Positions 46,500 to 59,477 of a stretch of DNA of 64,000 bases are shown here, in pieces; within the stretch, counting starts at the first letter, position 1, and each line of letters begins with the position of its first letter. The notes beneath the pieces were generated by a model. That model was not told the origin of the DNA. It did not search any database and saw nothing but the letters and a program-made list of their open reading frames with translations. Both the position numbers and the translations under genes were made by a program. This DNA comes from Macrostomum lignano (lineage: Eukaryota), in assembly GCA_002269645.1 (NCBI GenBank), contig NIVC01000084.1, positions 124,001 through 188,000 of the forward strand. Reading direction: 5' to 3'.

Positions 46500-47375
46500 T
46501 CCTTCCTAATTAGCAACCAGCTCTCAAAAATAGAAAAAAATGTTTCAAGAATTTCAAATAGATCGAATACCCTTATTCTTTTATATGAACACTGGCTCTA
46601 CAGTGCCCTCTCAGTCTGTACGAGCATTGGAATTTTTGCTTACAGAGTCAGATCCAGATCAGGCCACGAACTTCCAGCGGAGTCTGTATTTGCGGTTTGA
46701 GTAAAACGATCCAGCCACTATGCAGTCTTATCAGTTGGTAAAACCACACGGATCATTAAACTGAGTTCGACATTTTTTATCGAGTACTCAAGGGACTGCA
46801 AAGGCAGGATTAGCACGGCATCTATCGGAGGCCGGAACGTGGACTTGTTGCAGAAAAATTGTCCAAAACAAAGTTGAAATGTCATTACAGTTGCTTTGCT
46901 GGCGTAATGCAGTTATTGGGAAATTTCGATACATTACCAATGACTCCATGGATTCGTAAGTCTAAATGTGCCCACCATTTTGTACTTTGAATAATTTTCT
47001 TTTAAACGAATTTGTTTCAGGTACCTGCTTTAAATCAAGTGCATAATTTTTTTGTTTGTAAAAGTAAAAAAACATGTCGCACTTTGTCGCTCTTGAAAAT
47101 CGCCAAATTTTTACGCTAGCTTAGTGATCCAGCACTCCTGCTCGAGCACTAGTACGACTCGATCTGTAGGGCCCAGTAAATACTGAAAAACTATAAATTT
47201 TACTGGTCGAAAACACGCATTCGATTGGAAAACTAATCCGATCGGGGAGATAGAGCCTATGGTCTTCTTTGCCTGTGGGCAGAGCATATTTCTGCGCATT
47301 TTCATAGTACTAAGCTAACTGGGAGAACGTTTTGCATCACAATCGAACAGAACTAAATACACTAGTAGTATGTGT

Positions 47376-48004
47376 CAGGGGCGTCGCCATGGATTTTATG
47401 GTGGGGGGGGGGAGGGACAGAGTCAAGAATACAACATGTACATGACTAAATTCCTATATTTCCATTGTTTTGAGAATCGTGTTGTCAGCGCTCATTTTGG
47501 AGCCGCAGGCGCTCATTTTGGCGCCGAAGGCACTCATTTTGGAGCCGCAGGAACTCATTTTGGCGCCGCAGGAGCTCATTTTGGCACCGCAGGCACTCAT
47601 TTTGGCGCCGAAGGCACTCATTTTGGCACCGCAGGCGCTCATTTTGGCGCCGAAGGCACTCATTTTGGCGCCGAAGGCACTCATTTTGGAACCGCAGGCA
47701 CTCATTTTGGCGCCGAAGGCACTCATTTTGGCGCCGAAGGCACTCATTTTGGCGCCGCAGGAGCTCATTTCGGCGCCACAGACACTCATTGTGGCGCCAC
47801 AGACACTCATTGTGGCGCCGTAGGGACTCATCCTTTTTGGCGCTGTAGACACTCATCTTAGCACCGAAGGTATTCCTTTTGGCGCCGAAAGCGCTGTTTT
47901 TTGGCGCCCTGAAGAAGCATTTTTTATTACTACAACGGGTCAAAAGGTGGGGTGGGGACAAAGCATTGGCATGTCCCCCTGTCACCCCGGTGGCGACGCA
48001 CCTG
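47376..48004. mobile_element. hAT-superfamily MITE (629 bp) with internal 21-bp tandem array
   Basis: TIRs CAGGGGCGTCGCCA / TGGCGACGCACCTG (1 mismatch); perfect 8-bp TSD GTATGTGT at 47368-47375 and 48005-48012; CACTCATTTTGGCGCCGAAGG repeats at ~47490-47830. Confidence 0.92.
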
Positions 48005-48360
48005 GTATGTGTAACAAAAGTATTTTGCGAGATTTGCCTCATATTTTAAGCACCGAAAAGGCTCCAAAAAGGTGAAATCGATTTCTCAGAAAGAGTTATT
48101 AAAACCGAACTGATTTCTGAGAAATTAAAAAATCCGAAAACAATTTGTTCAGAACTGGCCAGTCTACTTTCATATAATTAACCCCACAGAGCGGTAAATA
48201 AATAAAAAACTGACGCGACGATTTCACAAGTCTGTCGCAAAACTAAAACTTTTCGCGTCGCCAAAAAATCGGTGCAAAAAGAACGCGAAATAGTTGCGGT
48301 AAAATTTGTTGAACTTCAAGACGCGAGATGGGAGTGTGGAAGGACAGTTAGCTGCAGGAG

Positions 48361-51300
48361 TCACCGATTTGAGAAGCGTTGACAGTTGCCAGAGCATCCT
48401 GTTGTCTGGTGCAGACTGAACTCATCTAATAGAGCTAGGCAGCGACAAACCGGACAGTCAGATGACAATCGATCCGAGCTGAGCTGACGCAACTGACGGG
48501 CAGAATTAGGCGATGATGACAGCAGTGAGCTTCGTCTGACCCGACGATTAGAGAAAGTCGTCGTTGTTGCCGTTGAATTGTCGTCGTCAGTGTCGCTGCA
48601 ACTGCAGCTGCTGCTGCTGCTGTTTGACGTAGTAGAATCATCAACGGGAGCTGACACGGCGTGCCAAACTGCGTGGCTGTATGGCCGTCGGGTGCAGACT
48701 CGATCGGACAGACTCGACGAGCTTATGACATTCAGTCGGGCATTAGCATTGCTGCTCTCCGTCACAAGAAGGGGCTTAGATTCCAGCTCGAAGCAGCGCT
48801 CGCTACTGTCTGAGTGTGTCTCCTCGTCCGTGAGCAGAACTCGTTCAGCGATGCCAAATTGCGCCCTGTGACGCTGCGCTAGCGGCGATCCCGGCCTGAA
48901 GTCCTGCGGTTGGTGCAAGCTCGGCTGGAGTTGGACGTGCTGGCGAAGCGGTGGGATACGGCTGACACCTTCCGTAGGTACGGGCCGTTCCTTGCTAAGC
49001 GTTGTAGCGTCCTCTGTGGTGCTTTTGGCCCACCTGTGTTTTTGAGTAAGTTATTATCGAGGCTACTACTGTACTGATACCGAGGCTACTACTGTACTGA
49101 TACCGAGGCTACTACTGTACTGATACCGAGGCTACTACTGTACTGATTCCGAGGCTACTACTGTACTGATACCGAGGCTACTACTGTACTGATACCGAGG
49201 CTACTACTGTACTGATACCGAGGCTACTACTGTACTGATACCGAGGCTACTACTTTACTGATACCGAGGCTACTACTGTACTGATACCGAGGCTACTACT
49301 GTACTGATACCGAGGCTACTACTGTACTGATACCGAGGCTACTACTGTACTGATACCGAGGCTACTACTGTACTGATACCGAGGCTACTACTGTACTGAT
49401 TCCGAGGCTACTACTGTACTGATACCGAGGCTACTACTGTACTGATACCGAGGCTACTACTGTACTGATACCGAGGCTACTACTGTACTGATACCGAGGC
49501 TACTACTGTACTGATACCGAGGCTACTACTGTACTGATACCGAGGCTACTACTGTACTGATACCGAGGCTACTACTGTACTGATACCGAGGCTACTACTG
49601 TACTGATACCGAGGCTACTACTGTACTGATACCGAGGCTACTACTGTACTGATATCGAGGCTACTACTGTACTGATATCGAGGCTACTACTGTACTGATA
49701 CCGAGGCTACTACTGTACTGATACCGAGGCTACTACTGTACTGATACCGAGGCTACTTCTGTACTGATATCGAAGCTACTTCTGTACTGATACCGAGGCT
49801 ACTACTGTACTGATACCGAGGCTACTACTGTACTGATATCGAGGCTACTACTGTACTGATACCGAGGCTACTACTGTACTGATATCAAGTCTACTACGAG
49901 ACTTACCTGTCAGGATTCACCAGCCTATGCTGCTCCGCAGTATCGCTGCCGCCGCTGCTGAAGGGACCAGGAGTGCTACTTGTTGGACGAGATCGACTGG
50001 ACGCATCGCTAACGATGTGCAACACTGGTCGACTGCTCGAAGGTGGAGCAGTGCTCAGCGGCGATTGATCCCGATAGAGATCGCTTGGTTTTTTTTCAAC
50101 ACTTCCGCCAGTGTAACTCTGTCCAAGTCGAGCCTCTGGCGACTGATCTACCGATGTTGTCGGCATTGATAAACCAACTGGAGTGCGACTGTTGACTGGC
50201 GGTTGCTGCGGTTTGATTCCATCGGGACCCCGCAATGGTATCGTCGTGCTGTCGAACTCTGAAGCGTACCCAGTTCGGTTGTCAGTGGCTGATAGTGGAG
50301 TGGTAGTTTCTAGTTCAGTGCGTAGCGTTTGGCCAGTCCCGGGGTCTGGATTATATGGATCGGCTCTGGTATTGATGAGCCTTTTTTCTGGGTCTTGTTG
50401 TAGCCCAGCTCGACTTTCAGTGCTCGGCGATAATCCCGTACTGCTAGCAGGCTGAAACCGAGTCGCACTTTCTGTGCCTATTGAAGCTCCAGTCTTTGTT
50501 TCACTTCCGAACGGCTTTGTTGTTGATTGGGGCGACATTGAATCCTCATCTTTTATTGGACTATTGGCTTTGACTTCCGGAGCTGTTCTCAAAATAGGTT
50601 GATTTTGACCCAAGCCATTCTTGCTGTCGGTGCTTGGAGAAAAGGCAGTGCTGCCACCAGTCCTGCTGTCTACTTGTATTGACAGATCAGTCCTGTTATC
50701 CACTGCTGCTGGAAGACCAGTCCTGTTGTCCGCTGCTGGTGGAAGACCAGTCCTGTTGTCCACTGCTGGTGGAAGACCAGTCCTGTTGTCCACTGCTGGT
50801 GGAAGACCAGTCCTGTTGTCCACTGCTGGTGGAAGACCAGTCCCGTTGTCCACTGCTGGTGGAAGACCAGTCCTGCCGTCCACACCAGTCGGTTGACCAG
50901 TCCTGCCGTCCACATCAGATGGTTGACCAGTCTTTCCGTCCACACCAGTCCTGCCGTCCACACCAGTCGGTTGACCAGTCCTGCTATCCACACCTGATGG
51001 TTGACCAGTCCTGCCGTCCACACCAGTCGGTTGACCAGTCCTGCTATCCACATCAGCTGGTTGAACAGTCCTGCTATCCACACCAGATGGTTGATCAGTC
51101 CTGCCGTCCACACCAGATGGTTGACCAGTCTTTCCGTCCACACCAGTCCTGCCGTCCACACCAGTCGGTTGACCAGTCCTGCTATCCACACCTGATGGTT
51201 GACCAGTCCTGCCGTCCACACCAGATGGTTGACCAGTCCTGCCGTCCACACCTGATGGCTGACCAGTCTTTCCGTCCACACCAGTCCTGCCGTCCACACC

Positions 51301-54300
51301 AGTCGGTTGACCAGTCCTGCCGTCCACACCAGTTGGTTGAACAGTCCTGCTATCCTCACCAGATGGTTGGCCAGTCCTGCCGTCCATCGCTGTCGGGATA
51401 CCAGGCTTACTGTCCACAGCTGATGCTTGATCAGTCCTGCTGTCCACTTGTGTTGGAAGACCAGTTCTGTCATCTACCAATGTCGGGAGATCCGTCTTGT
51501 TTTCCCCATCAGATTGGAGACCAGCCCTGTGGTCTGCTGTTGGAAGACCAGCTCTGCTGTTCTCTGTTGGAAGACCAGTCTTACTGTCCAAAACCGATGT
51601 TAGACTAGTTCTTCCGTCCGCACCAGTAGGTGGATCAGTCCCGTGCGAGCCAGTGTGTTCATTTGCTTCCGAAGAAAAACTGTTTGGCGTTTCTCTTCCC
51701 GCTGTTTGGTTAGTCCTTACAGATTGAACAGGCATGGCTTCACTGCTTGTCTGACCTCCTGTCTTAACTCCAGTGCTTGTTGGAACTGGAGTTTTATATT
51801 CACTGCTCTGCACAACCTCAGTTCTGCTGTCACTGCTTGTGGGAAATATAGTTCGACTGTCGCTGCTCACCAGCTGCTCCCCAAGCTGCTCGTCGCGGCT
51901 GCCGGTTGCAGACGAATCAATTGTTGCTGTGCTGCGTTGTAGTGCATCTTTGCTGTCACTTTCTGTATTAATTTCTGCTTTCTGATCTTCTGGTCGAGCT
52001 AGTGAAACACTTATAGCTGGAACGACACCTGAGTCTGTACCACCTGTTCTGTGCGAGTATCCCTCCATAGCCGGCGCTTGAACCTCAGCAGCGGATGGTG
52101 TTCCCCACCTACTGTCACTCACTGCCTTGGTTTCAAATTGGTCTTTTGAAACCGTTCCCGGTGTGCTCAGTCTTTCTTCACTGATCGAAGATAAACCTTT
52201 TTGCTGCGGCTCAGATTCTGAACGAACGATACCATGCTTGTCGGGCTGAGAAGTGTCATCTGATGGTAAATTCTTTTCTGCCAGTTGGTTAGTGAACTTG
52301 TCAGACTGGTTGTCTGACTCAGAATAGACGGGTTTGTCCACTTTGTCTATATTATCAGCAGGTTGGTACCCAGTGTGACCGTTTTGCTTCAGCTGTTTAG
52401 ACTGATAGTTGGGATTTTTATCTAAGGAAGTCTGAAAAGCTTCTTGTTGCCCAGGCTCGTTCCCGTATGTCGCCTGGGCAGGCGCGTATTCAGAGCTGCT
52501 GGCGGGAAGATTATCAGGTCCACTTTCAATTTTTTGTAGTTGAGGCTGATATTTTGTTCCATCATCGAGCATGCTTGTGGCAGGTTGACTTTCGGGTCCA
52601 CTGTCCGATAGCTGCTGGTCAGGCTGGAATTCTTGACTTCTGTCAGTGATTGATGCAGCGTGTTCATGGTGCGGGGCTTTTTCCTCAAATGTTGCAGCTG
52701 GCTGGTATTCAGTTCTGCCGTCAGGAGATGTTATGGAAATTTGTGGGAGTTTTCCCTCAGTTTCTGCCACCTTTCGGTATCCAGGTCTCTCGTCGAGAGC
52801 AGTTGCGGAAGGTGCCCCCTTAAAATCTGTCGCTGAAGGTTGGTAAAAAGGTCTTCCATCAGGTGTTGTAGCATCCGGCTGGTATGCAGATTTACCGTCG
52901 GGTGGTATCGTATGATTGTATTCAGGTCTTCCGTCCGGTGTTGCTTCAGGCTGTAATTCGGATCTAGTTTCAGGAGTTTCAGCCATAGGCTGATATCCAA
53001 GTCCACTTTGAGATGGTGCAGAACGTTGGGTTTCAAGTTTACTATCAGAGGATTGGTATCCTGGTCTTTCATCCGGTATGATTGCAGGTCGGTGTACTCC
53101 GGATTCAGACTGGAAATCAGGTCTCCCTTCGGTTGTTGCATCAGGTTGATATTCAGGTCTTCCAACAGCTGTTACGTCACTTTGGTATCCAGTTCTCGGC
53201 TGGAATCGTTCAATTTCATCGACTGCTGCTGCACCAGAATTGTCTGCAGGCTTTCCAGCGGATGCTTCACCCAATTTGTATTTGTGGCCTTCGCCAGAGG
53301 TTGCATCCGTTTGGTATTCAAGTCTTTTATCAAATGGTATAGCAGGTTGGGATCCAGGTGATTCATCAGGCGTTGTTGAAGGTTCTAGTTCCGTTCTTGC
53401 ATCTATTTCTGTTGTTTCTTGTTGCTTTTCGGGTCTCTCGTTTGTTTCTGTAACATTTTTATATTCAGGTGCTGTTTGGTAGTCAGCTCTAGCTGGTGTA
53501 GACACTGCAGGTTGATATCCGGGAACGTTTCCAACTTTGAGTTTGGTATCGAGTTCACTGCCGCCAGTTGCCTGACCTTGAAGTTGGTAATCCTCGGTTG
53601 GCTCTATTTGTTGATAGTCCTGTCTGTTTTCCTGCGCTTGCTGAGCAGGCTGTTGGATCGATTTGTTTTTTAGGGCGTCATTTTCAGGTATGTAACCTGT
53701 GGAACCATCTGCTAAGTTTTGCGACTTTGCTGGAGTCGTTTCACTGTAGTCCTGCGACAACTGCTGCGCTGGCTGTAATCCGATCTTATTAACATTAACC
53801 GCAATTTCATGCCCATGCTCTGGTCTTGAGACCACCGAAGCAGCAATTCCGGCTGACGTCTTTTTAAGCTCGCTAAGCGACAGCTCCGGCTTGTAAATTT
53901 TGCTGGTTCTTTTCACAAGCTGTTCGGTCTGGTATTCTCCTTTGGCTGCTGGATCATTTCCCGATCCTGCCCCTGAAACTGAGTTATCTGTCTGGTACTC
54001 CAGTTTTTCAGTCATCGGAACTCCTGTTTCAAGGACCGTCTTTGCTGCGTATTTTTGCGATATGGGATCACTTTCCGATGCTGGCTGGTTGCTGGGTATG
54101 GACTTTTCAGACTTCTCGTACACATATGGCGCGCTGTCTTTGAAGTAATGACTAGGTTGGTAGCCCAGATTTTGCCGATCGTACACTTGCTGGCCAGGGT
54201 GATTCTCCGGTGTAGTTTGATCTTGAGCACCTGAACCAAGTTGGTAACTACCTGGCATAGTCTCGTGCGCGTACTGAATCTGTTTGTATCCGAGTGACTT

Positions 54301-57300
54301 GCTATCCATTACGGATTCGTTTGGTAATTTTTCAACTTGCGCTGTTCCTTGGCCGATATCAGTAGCTGTAGTCTCCAACTGACTGTGTGGCCTGCTTCCA
54401 GACTCAATCGTCATGGACTCTTTATTATCAAAAATGCTATTTGGTCGACCATAGAACCGCGAAAATGAGTAACTATTTGGTCTACTACTAACGTATGGTT
54501 CCTCAGAACCGTCCAGCTCATTCTTGTGCAAACTTAGCTGTTGTTCCTGAGCTGCCGCCCCTGCATCTGCAAAGGGGCTGCGTAGCGCTGTTTGTTCATT
54601 TTGATAGTCGGTGAAAGATTCAGTGCGACTTCGGCGAGACACGTACTCAGACTTTTCAATAGTCAGTGTTCCGCCCTCCGACTCAAACTTCAGACTGTTG
54701 TATCTTTGATAGCTTTCCTGGCTGGTTTTGTTAAATTGAAGAGCAGCTGTAAATGCATCGTTATCTTCCCTGATAACAGGAATCGATCTGACGTCGGCTG
54801 TTGAACTGGCTTTGCCGTTTTCAAAGCATGTGCTTGAACCTTTCTCAGCAGCTTTGAAGCTTTTTTCAGCTATGCTCGAGCGCCGTTGTTCAGTGCCTGA
54901 GTATCCCGGCTTCATCTGCGCTATCTTGTTAAATCCGTCCCTCTTGCCGGCAATACTTGGCCTTCTGCTGCCGTCAGATCCGATGCTTAGCTGGCTAGGA
55001 CGATTACCTACGGCCCCAGGTGGATAAATTGGTCCACAGGTTTCAGATGTGACGCTGCCGCGATGCTGCTTCAACCTGTCGTCCGTGTCTGGCGATTTTT
55101 CAACAATCGCACCGGGTGGCAATAGCGGTCTTTCGCAAGTCCCAGGAGGTATGCCTGTCGGAGATACTGCCGCGTCTAGCATTTGACTTCGTCTTCTTTG
55201 TTCTGCCCCCGGTGGATAGTAGATCTTTGCTGGAGTTGGGCCTGAGCCTGCCGGAATAGAGCTTTGCGGTGGTTTGCTCTCGTTGTCGACAGGTTTATCA
55301 ACTACTGCACGAGAAGGATGCGGCTCGTCACCATCAGGTGGCTGTTTCGCAAGTTTTCCCGCATCTTCGGGCACATCCTCTGTAATATTGGTTGCAGTTT
55401 CAAGCTGCTGTGTGGTTTCTTGTGTTGGAGCTGGCTGAGTATCAGTCCGTCTGAGGTGCTCTGACTCAGGGCTGGTATCTGGTTGCTGACTTCGTTGCGC
55501 ACTGTCTTTATTGACCTTTTCTTGCGGAATTCCTCTATCATCTAGACCAAAATTTCCCTCTCCTAATTTTTTTGAATGTGTACTTTCTGTGCCAGTTGAA
55601 AATTTACTTGGAAGCTTATCGAATTCATTAGCAGACACCTTCGGTTTATGATCAGTGCCTTGATTTTCAAGAGCCAACTTTTCCTCAACATCACGTTGCA
55701 TGACATCATCAGCGGCGCTGGTTTTTGATTCACCACTCGTTTCCATCGGTTTCGCCTGCTTTGTGTCACTTTTAGGGCTTTGTAGGTCTAAATTTTCGCC
55801 ATCATTGACTTTATCCGCAGATTCTTCAGCAGCAGCAGCCTCTGCTCGCGAGTCTGACGCTTTTGACTCTGCTACGTCATCACGTTGCGGCCGCTTGTGA
55901 AGCTGCGTCTGTCCAGCGCCTTCTAAACTGTCAAAAATGGTCTCTTGCTGGCTCAACTGTTGAGACTTTCCTTGCTGCCCGTCACTGGGAGCTTCAATTC
56001 GTTGATATTCATCGCTGTCGCTAGGCAGTGCGTCTCTGGACTTATCTTCTGTTAACTCTTGATTCTCAGTAGTCGGTCGTGACACTTCAGCAGCGGAATC
56101 TGTCGGTGGTACTGGCACATTCTTCGTGATCGGAGCAGAGTCTACTTCACTGGAAGGTTGCACGTTGTCGTCCACTGGTTTGGGCTTGGGGCCAACATCT
56201 GGCGCACTCTGGACACTGTCTTGAGCATTTCCAACGGGCCTATCCTCCTCACTGATTTTTCGTGGGTTTTCTGCCAGCGCCAAATCAGTGGCGATTTCTT
56301 TAGCGGGTTCTTTACTGTGAACTCCGTCCTCTTCATTTATTTTAGGTATTTTCCCGTAAACTTGTTTATGATCCTTCTTTTCTGTGCTCCCATCTCTGCC
56401 TTTGTCAATAAAAAGTTTATCATCTCTGTCCTTCTCATGGCCAGCTTTCGTTGTGCTGTCTAAGTATTTGTCAGTGCCATAACTGGAATCGGTCCGAGGT
56501 TCATGCCCATCAATATATCCCATCGGCAGTTTATCGCTTTTGTCCCGCAACGACGAGCGTCTCTTTAGACCACGTTTAGTGACGTTCGGTTCACCGAGCT
56601 TTGAATATCTATAATCGTATTCTGTAGAGTAGCCTAGCTTGTTGGCGCTGGGCCTTTCGCTCCATTGTTCGTAATTCCACTCTTTGCCTTGGCTTGGATC
56701 AGTGACAAGATCAGCAAATTTGCCTTCGGCTCTGCCAGAATACTTGCCAACCGACACTTTGTCCGTCCAGCCGCCGTACTGTTCCACTAATTCATTGTCT
56801 CTTAAGGGATCCGGCATTCCTGCTTTGTCGAAATCTGCAACATCGTCGTATTTCTGCGAAGTCTTGCTACTGAGTCGATCATGCTGTCCAAGGCTACCTC
56901 TCTGATAGTATCTGTCTGGATGCTTTTCACCGTCGGGATCGAGCTTTGTGCCTTTAAAGCGATCGTTTAGGTAATCTGGCTGGGCTTTGTTGCGATCATA
57001 TGGTAGAGCACCTGTCTGCGGCTGGCTTTCGGGTATTTTGTTGTATTTCGTATCAGTTCTCCAGTTTTCAAACGAAGAGCCGTACTTTCCATACTTCTCG
57101 CCCGTGCGAAATTGACCAGATTGACGATCATAGTCAGTTGGCGCCTTGAACTGATCTCTAGGCCCATGTTTATCAGCCAACGTACCATTAGTCCATTGAC
57201 CTTCGTTTGCGTCCGCTGCAGCTGCATAGTCTCTAGGAAGGTAGTTGCCACGTCTCTTGTAATCATTTGGTAAACTTCCTGCTCTTTGTGCTCCCGGAAA

Positions 57301-59477
57301 ATTGTCTGTTTCAGGTCTCAGCTTGTTGCCAGGAAGCTGCTGATGCAGCTGCCACGGGGCGTTAAACATCGGTCTCGGGGCAGCTGACTCCAAATCACCT
57401 GAGCGCCTTCTACTGCGGTCAAAACCTTCATGTCGTTGCCGTCTTAAATAGTCTTGTTCTTGCTGCTGCTGCTGTTGTTGTTGATCTTGCAATTGTTCCT
57501 GTTGCTGCTGTTGAAGACTATACCGCCTTGAGCGCCTAGACTTGTCTACCGGCTCGTTACGTTCCATGTAAGCAACAGAGTCATCGGGATGGCAGCAGGT
57601 CGCGTACACGTCCACTTGGTGTCTGTGCCGCGGTTGCTGCAATTCTCCAGGACAATCTGAAACGCACGTCATGCGTCTCGTGTGACAGACCGACGCTTCG
57701 TCTGGAAACAGCAATATGACACAAATGGAGCAATTATTTGACATTGGTCGACGAATAAATAAGAAGAATTTATTACAAAATATTGATGAACCGAATATTC
57801 TTAAAAGTATAAACTTACAACAGTTCGTCCGGCAGTCGACCAATGAGCCTTTTCCAACTCTACCAGCGCATTCCCCTCGGCTGCGCGCTGTCATAACGCG
57901 CTGGTCGCGCCTGATCAGCATTGTTGGAGGGTGCCTGCGTTGTTCCATAGGCTGATCTCTTTGCCTGGAGCAGCAACAGCTGCAGTAGTAGCAACAGTCA
58001 CAAGTAGTTGTTGAACGACCATCTTGACGATCTACTTCGCGATACATTAGACCATCCGAACGTTCGTCGCATTCTTCATTGTCTGATGATTCGTCGAAAC
58101 AGTAGGGTTTATGAGGGAAACCGCTGCAATCTTCGGTGCTTTCCTCCTCGGATGAAGACTCCTCACCATCGCGTTTGAGCACGCAGCACATCGGCGACCG
58201 ACTGCAGTCGCTGTCGAAGACGATTTGAACCGCCGTTTGACTGCCGCCTACGCAGTCCTGAACCCGCTGCTGTGCGGACGGTCGCGAGTGTCCTCGAGGG
58301 TGCATCTGTCGGCTCTGGCGCCTTCTACCGCTAGAAAAGCTATCGTACGATTGGGTGCGCCTATTCTCGGTTGGGTGTAAGCACTGCAGCATGGATACAA
58401 CTGGGCCCTGATGGCACTGCCGATTGTTAGCTGAAACTGTTGACAGCTGCTGGCTTAGTCGTGGCTCTCTCTGTCGGCTGCGATCGAATTGATATGTGCT
58501 GCGATTCGATGCACACTGATTTAGGTACTCATAGCTCGGCTCGTCACTGCTGTCCACGTAGGCCCCCGTGGTGCCGTAGCAGTTGCTAGTAAAACAGCTA
58601 CAATAACTATAAGCACTTTCGCAGTGTCTGGCTGACTGACTACTGAATATTCTGCTGCTGTCGGTTGGCATTGGCGAATGACGCTTTTTTAGTCCCATCG
58701 GAACAGCATTCGGGTTTGGAGACGGCACTGAATTTGATGCGTAAATGTCGCACCTGGGCGGGCGATGCACTGTGTGATGACATCCAGCTGACTTGACTTC
58801 AATGTTGTTGGCGTTGTTAGTCGATTCTCTGGGCACAGGGGGTAGCGGGCGCGAGTACTGGGAGCTGGCGAGCGCGAGCTGAAAGGTTCAGAAAAACTTT
58901 TGATTAAATTCGACTTCGACATCTTTACAGAATCCAGTCGATTTAAGCGTCATTTTGGATATCTACAAGTGTTTTTAGAGACAATGACACGCAGTCTACA
59001 GACCAAAAGCTATAAGCACCTCAAGATCTAAAGAGTACGCGATCCGAAATACCTTAATGTCAATCTGTATGTGCTTGCAGCTATTGTACAGTATCGGGAG
59101 AAAATTCCCTTCCTCAGTTTGCCGTTATAAACCATTCTATAATGGATACGTACAGTGTATGCGTGTTGTACTTATAAGTTGTGGATAGAATCAAACCGCT
59201 TTAAGAAAGCTGTTTAAAGCAGAATATAACTAATGAGTAGATAAATGTTGCAACATTCTCCACAGAACCTACCAGCTTGACGCTGGCGCAGTGTAGTCCC
59301 GTCTCCGCTGTCCAATCCAGCTCGCAGCAGATCAGCAGGGCAGCCCGGTAATGAGTAGAGTCGCTGCCGTCGACACACTGCTGCTGCAGCTCGACGCCAG
59401 CCGATGCAGCAGCAGCCGCAGCGACTCCGCCGGGCGGTTCCACTATGTTTGAAATGGGTGGCAGAATCGTCAAGTTT
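48361..59477 (-). CDS. Very large low-complexity, probably disordered protein of unknown family. Exons (minus): ~59477-59273, 58878-57819, 57701-49907 (7,795 bp), 49033-48361. >3,100 aa; 5' end unresolved
   Basis: 8.9-kb stop-free, mostly non-repetitive frame. Phase-consistent splice sites: CTG|GTAGGT (59273) to TTTCAG|CTC (58878); T|GTAAGT (57818) to TTTCCAG|AC (57701); AG|GTAAGT (49906) to ACACAG|G (49033); stop TGA at 48361. No start codon or known domain identified. Confidence 0.8.
49057..49897. repeat. 23-bp minisatellite (GATACCGAGGCTACTACTGTACT), ~36 copies, filling an intron
   Basis: Period 23 (CGAGG at 49081 and 49104); bounded by the donor at 49906 and acceptor at 49034. Confidence 0.95.

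Noticed and set aside
45546-46700. Repetitive ORFs over the 33-bp array
   Set aside because: Same 3n-unit artefact.
47370-48042. HFGAEGT-repeat ORF and overlapping frames
   Set aside because: They lie inside a hAT MITE with TIRs and TSD; 21-bp unit artefact.
50621-53792. Plus-strand ORFs such as the 324-aa DQSC-repeat frame
   Set aside because: Antisense shadows of the giant minus-strand exon's repeats.
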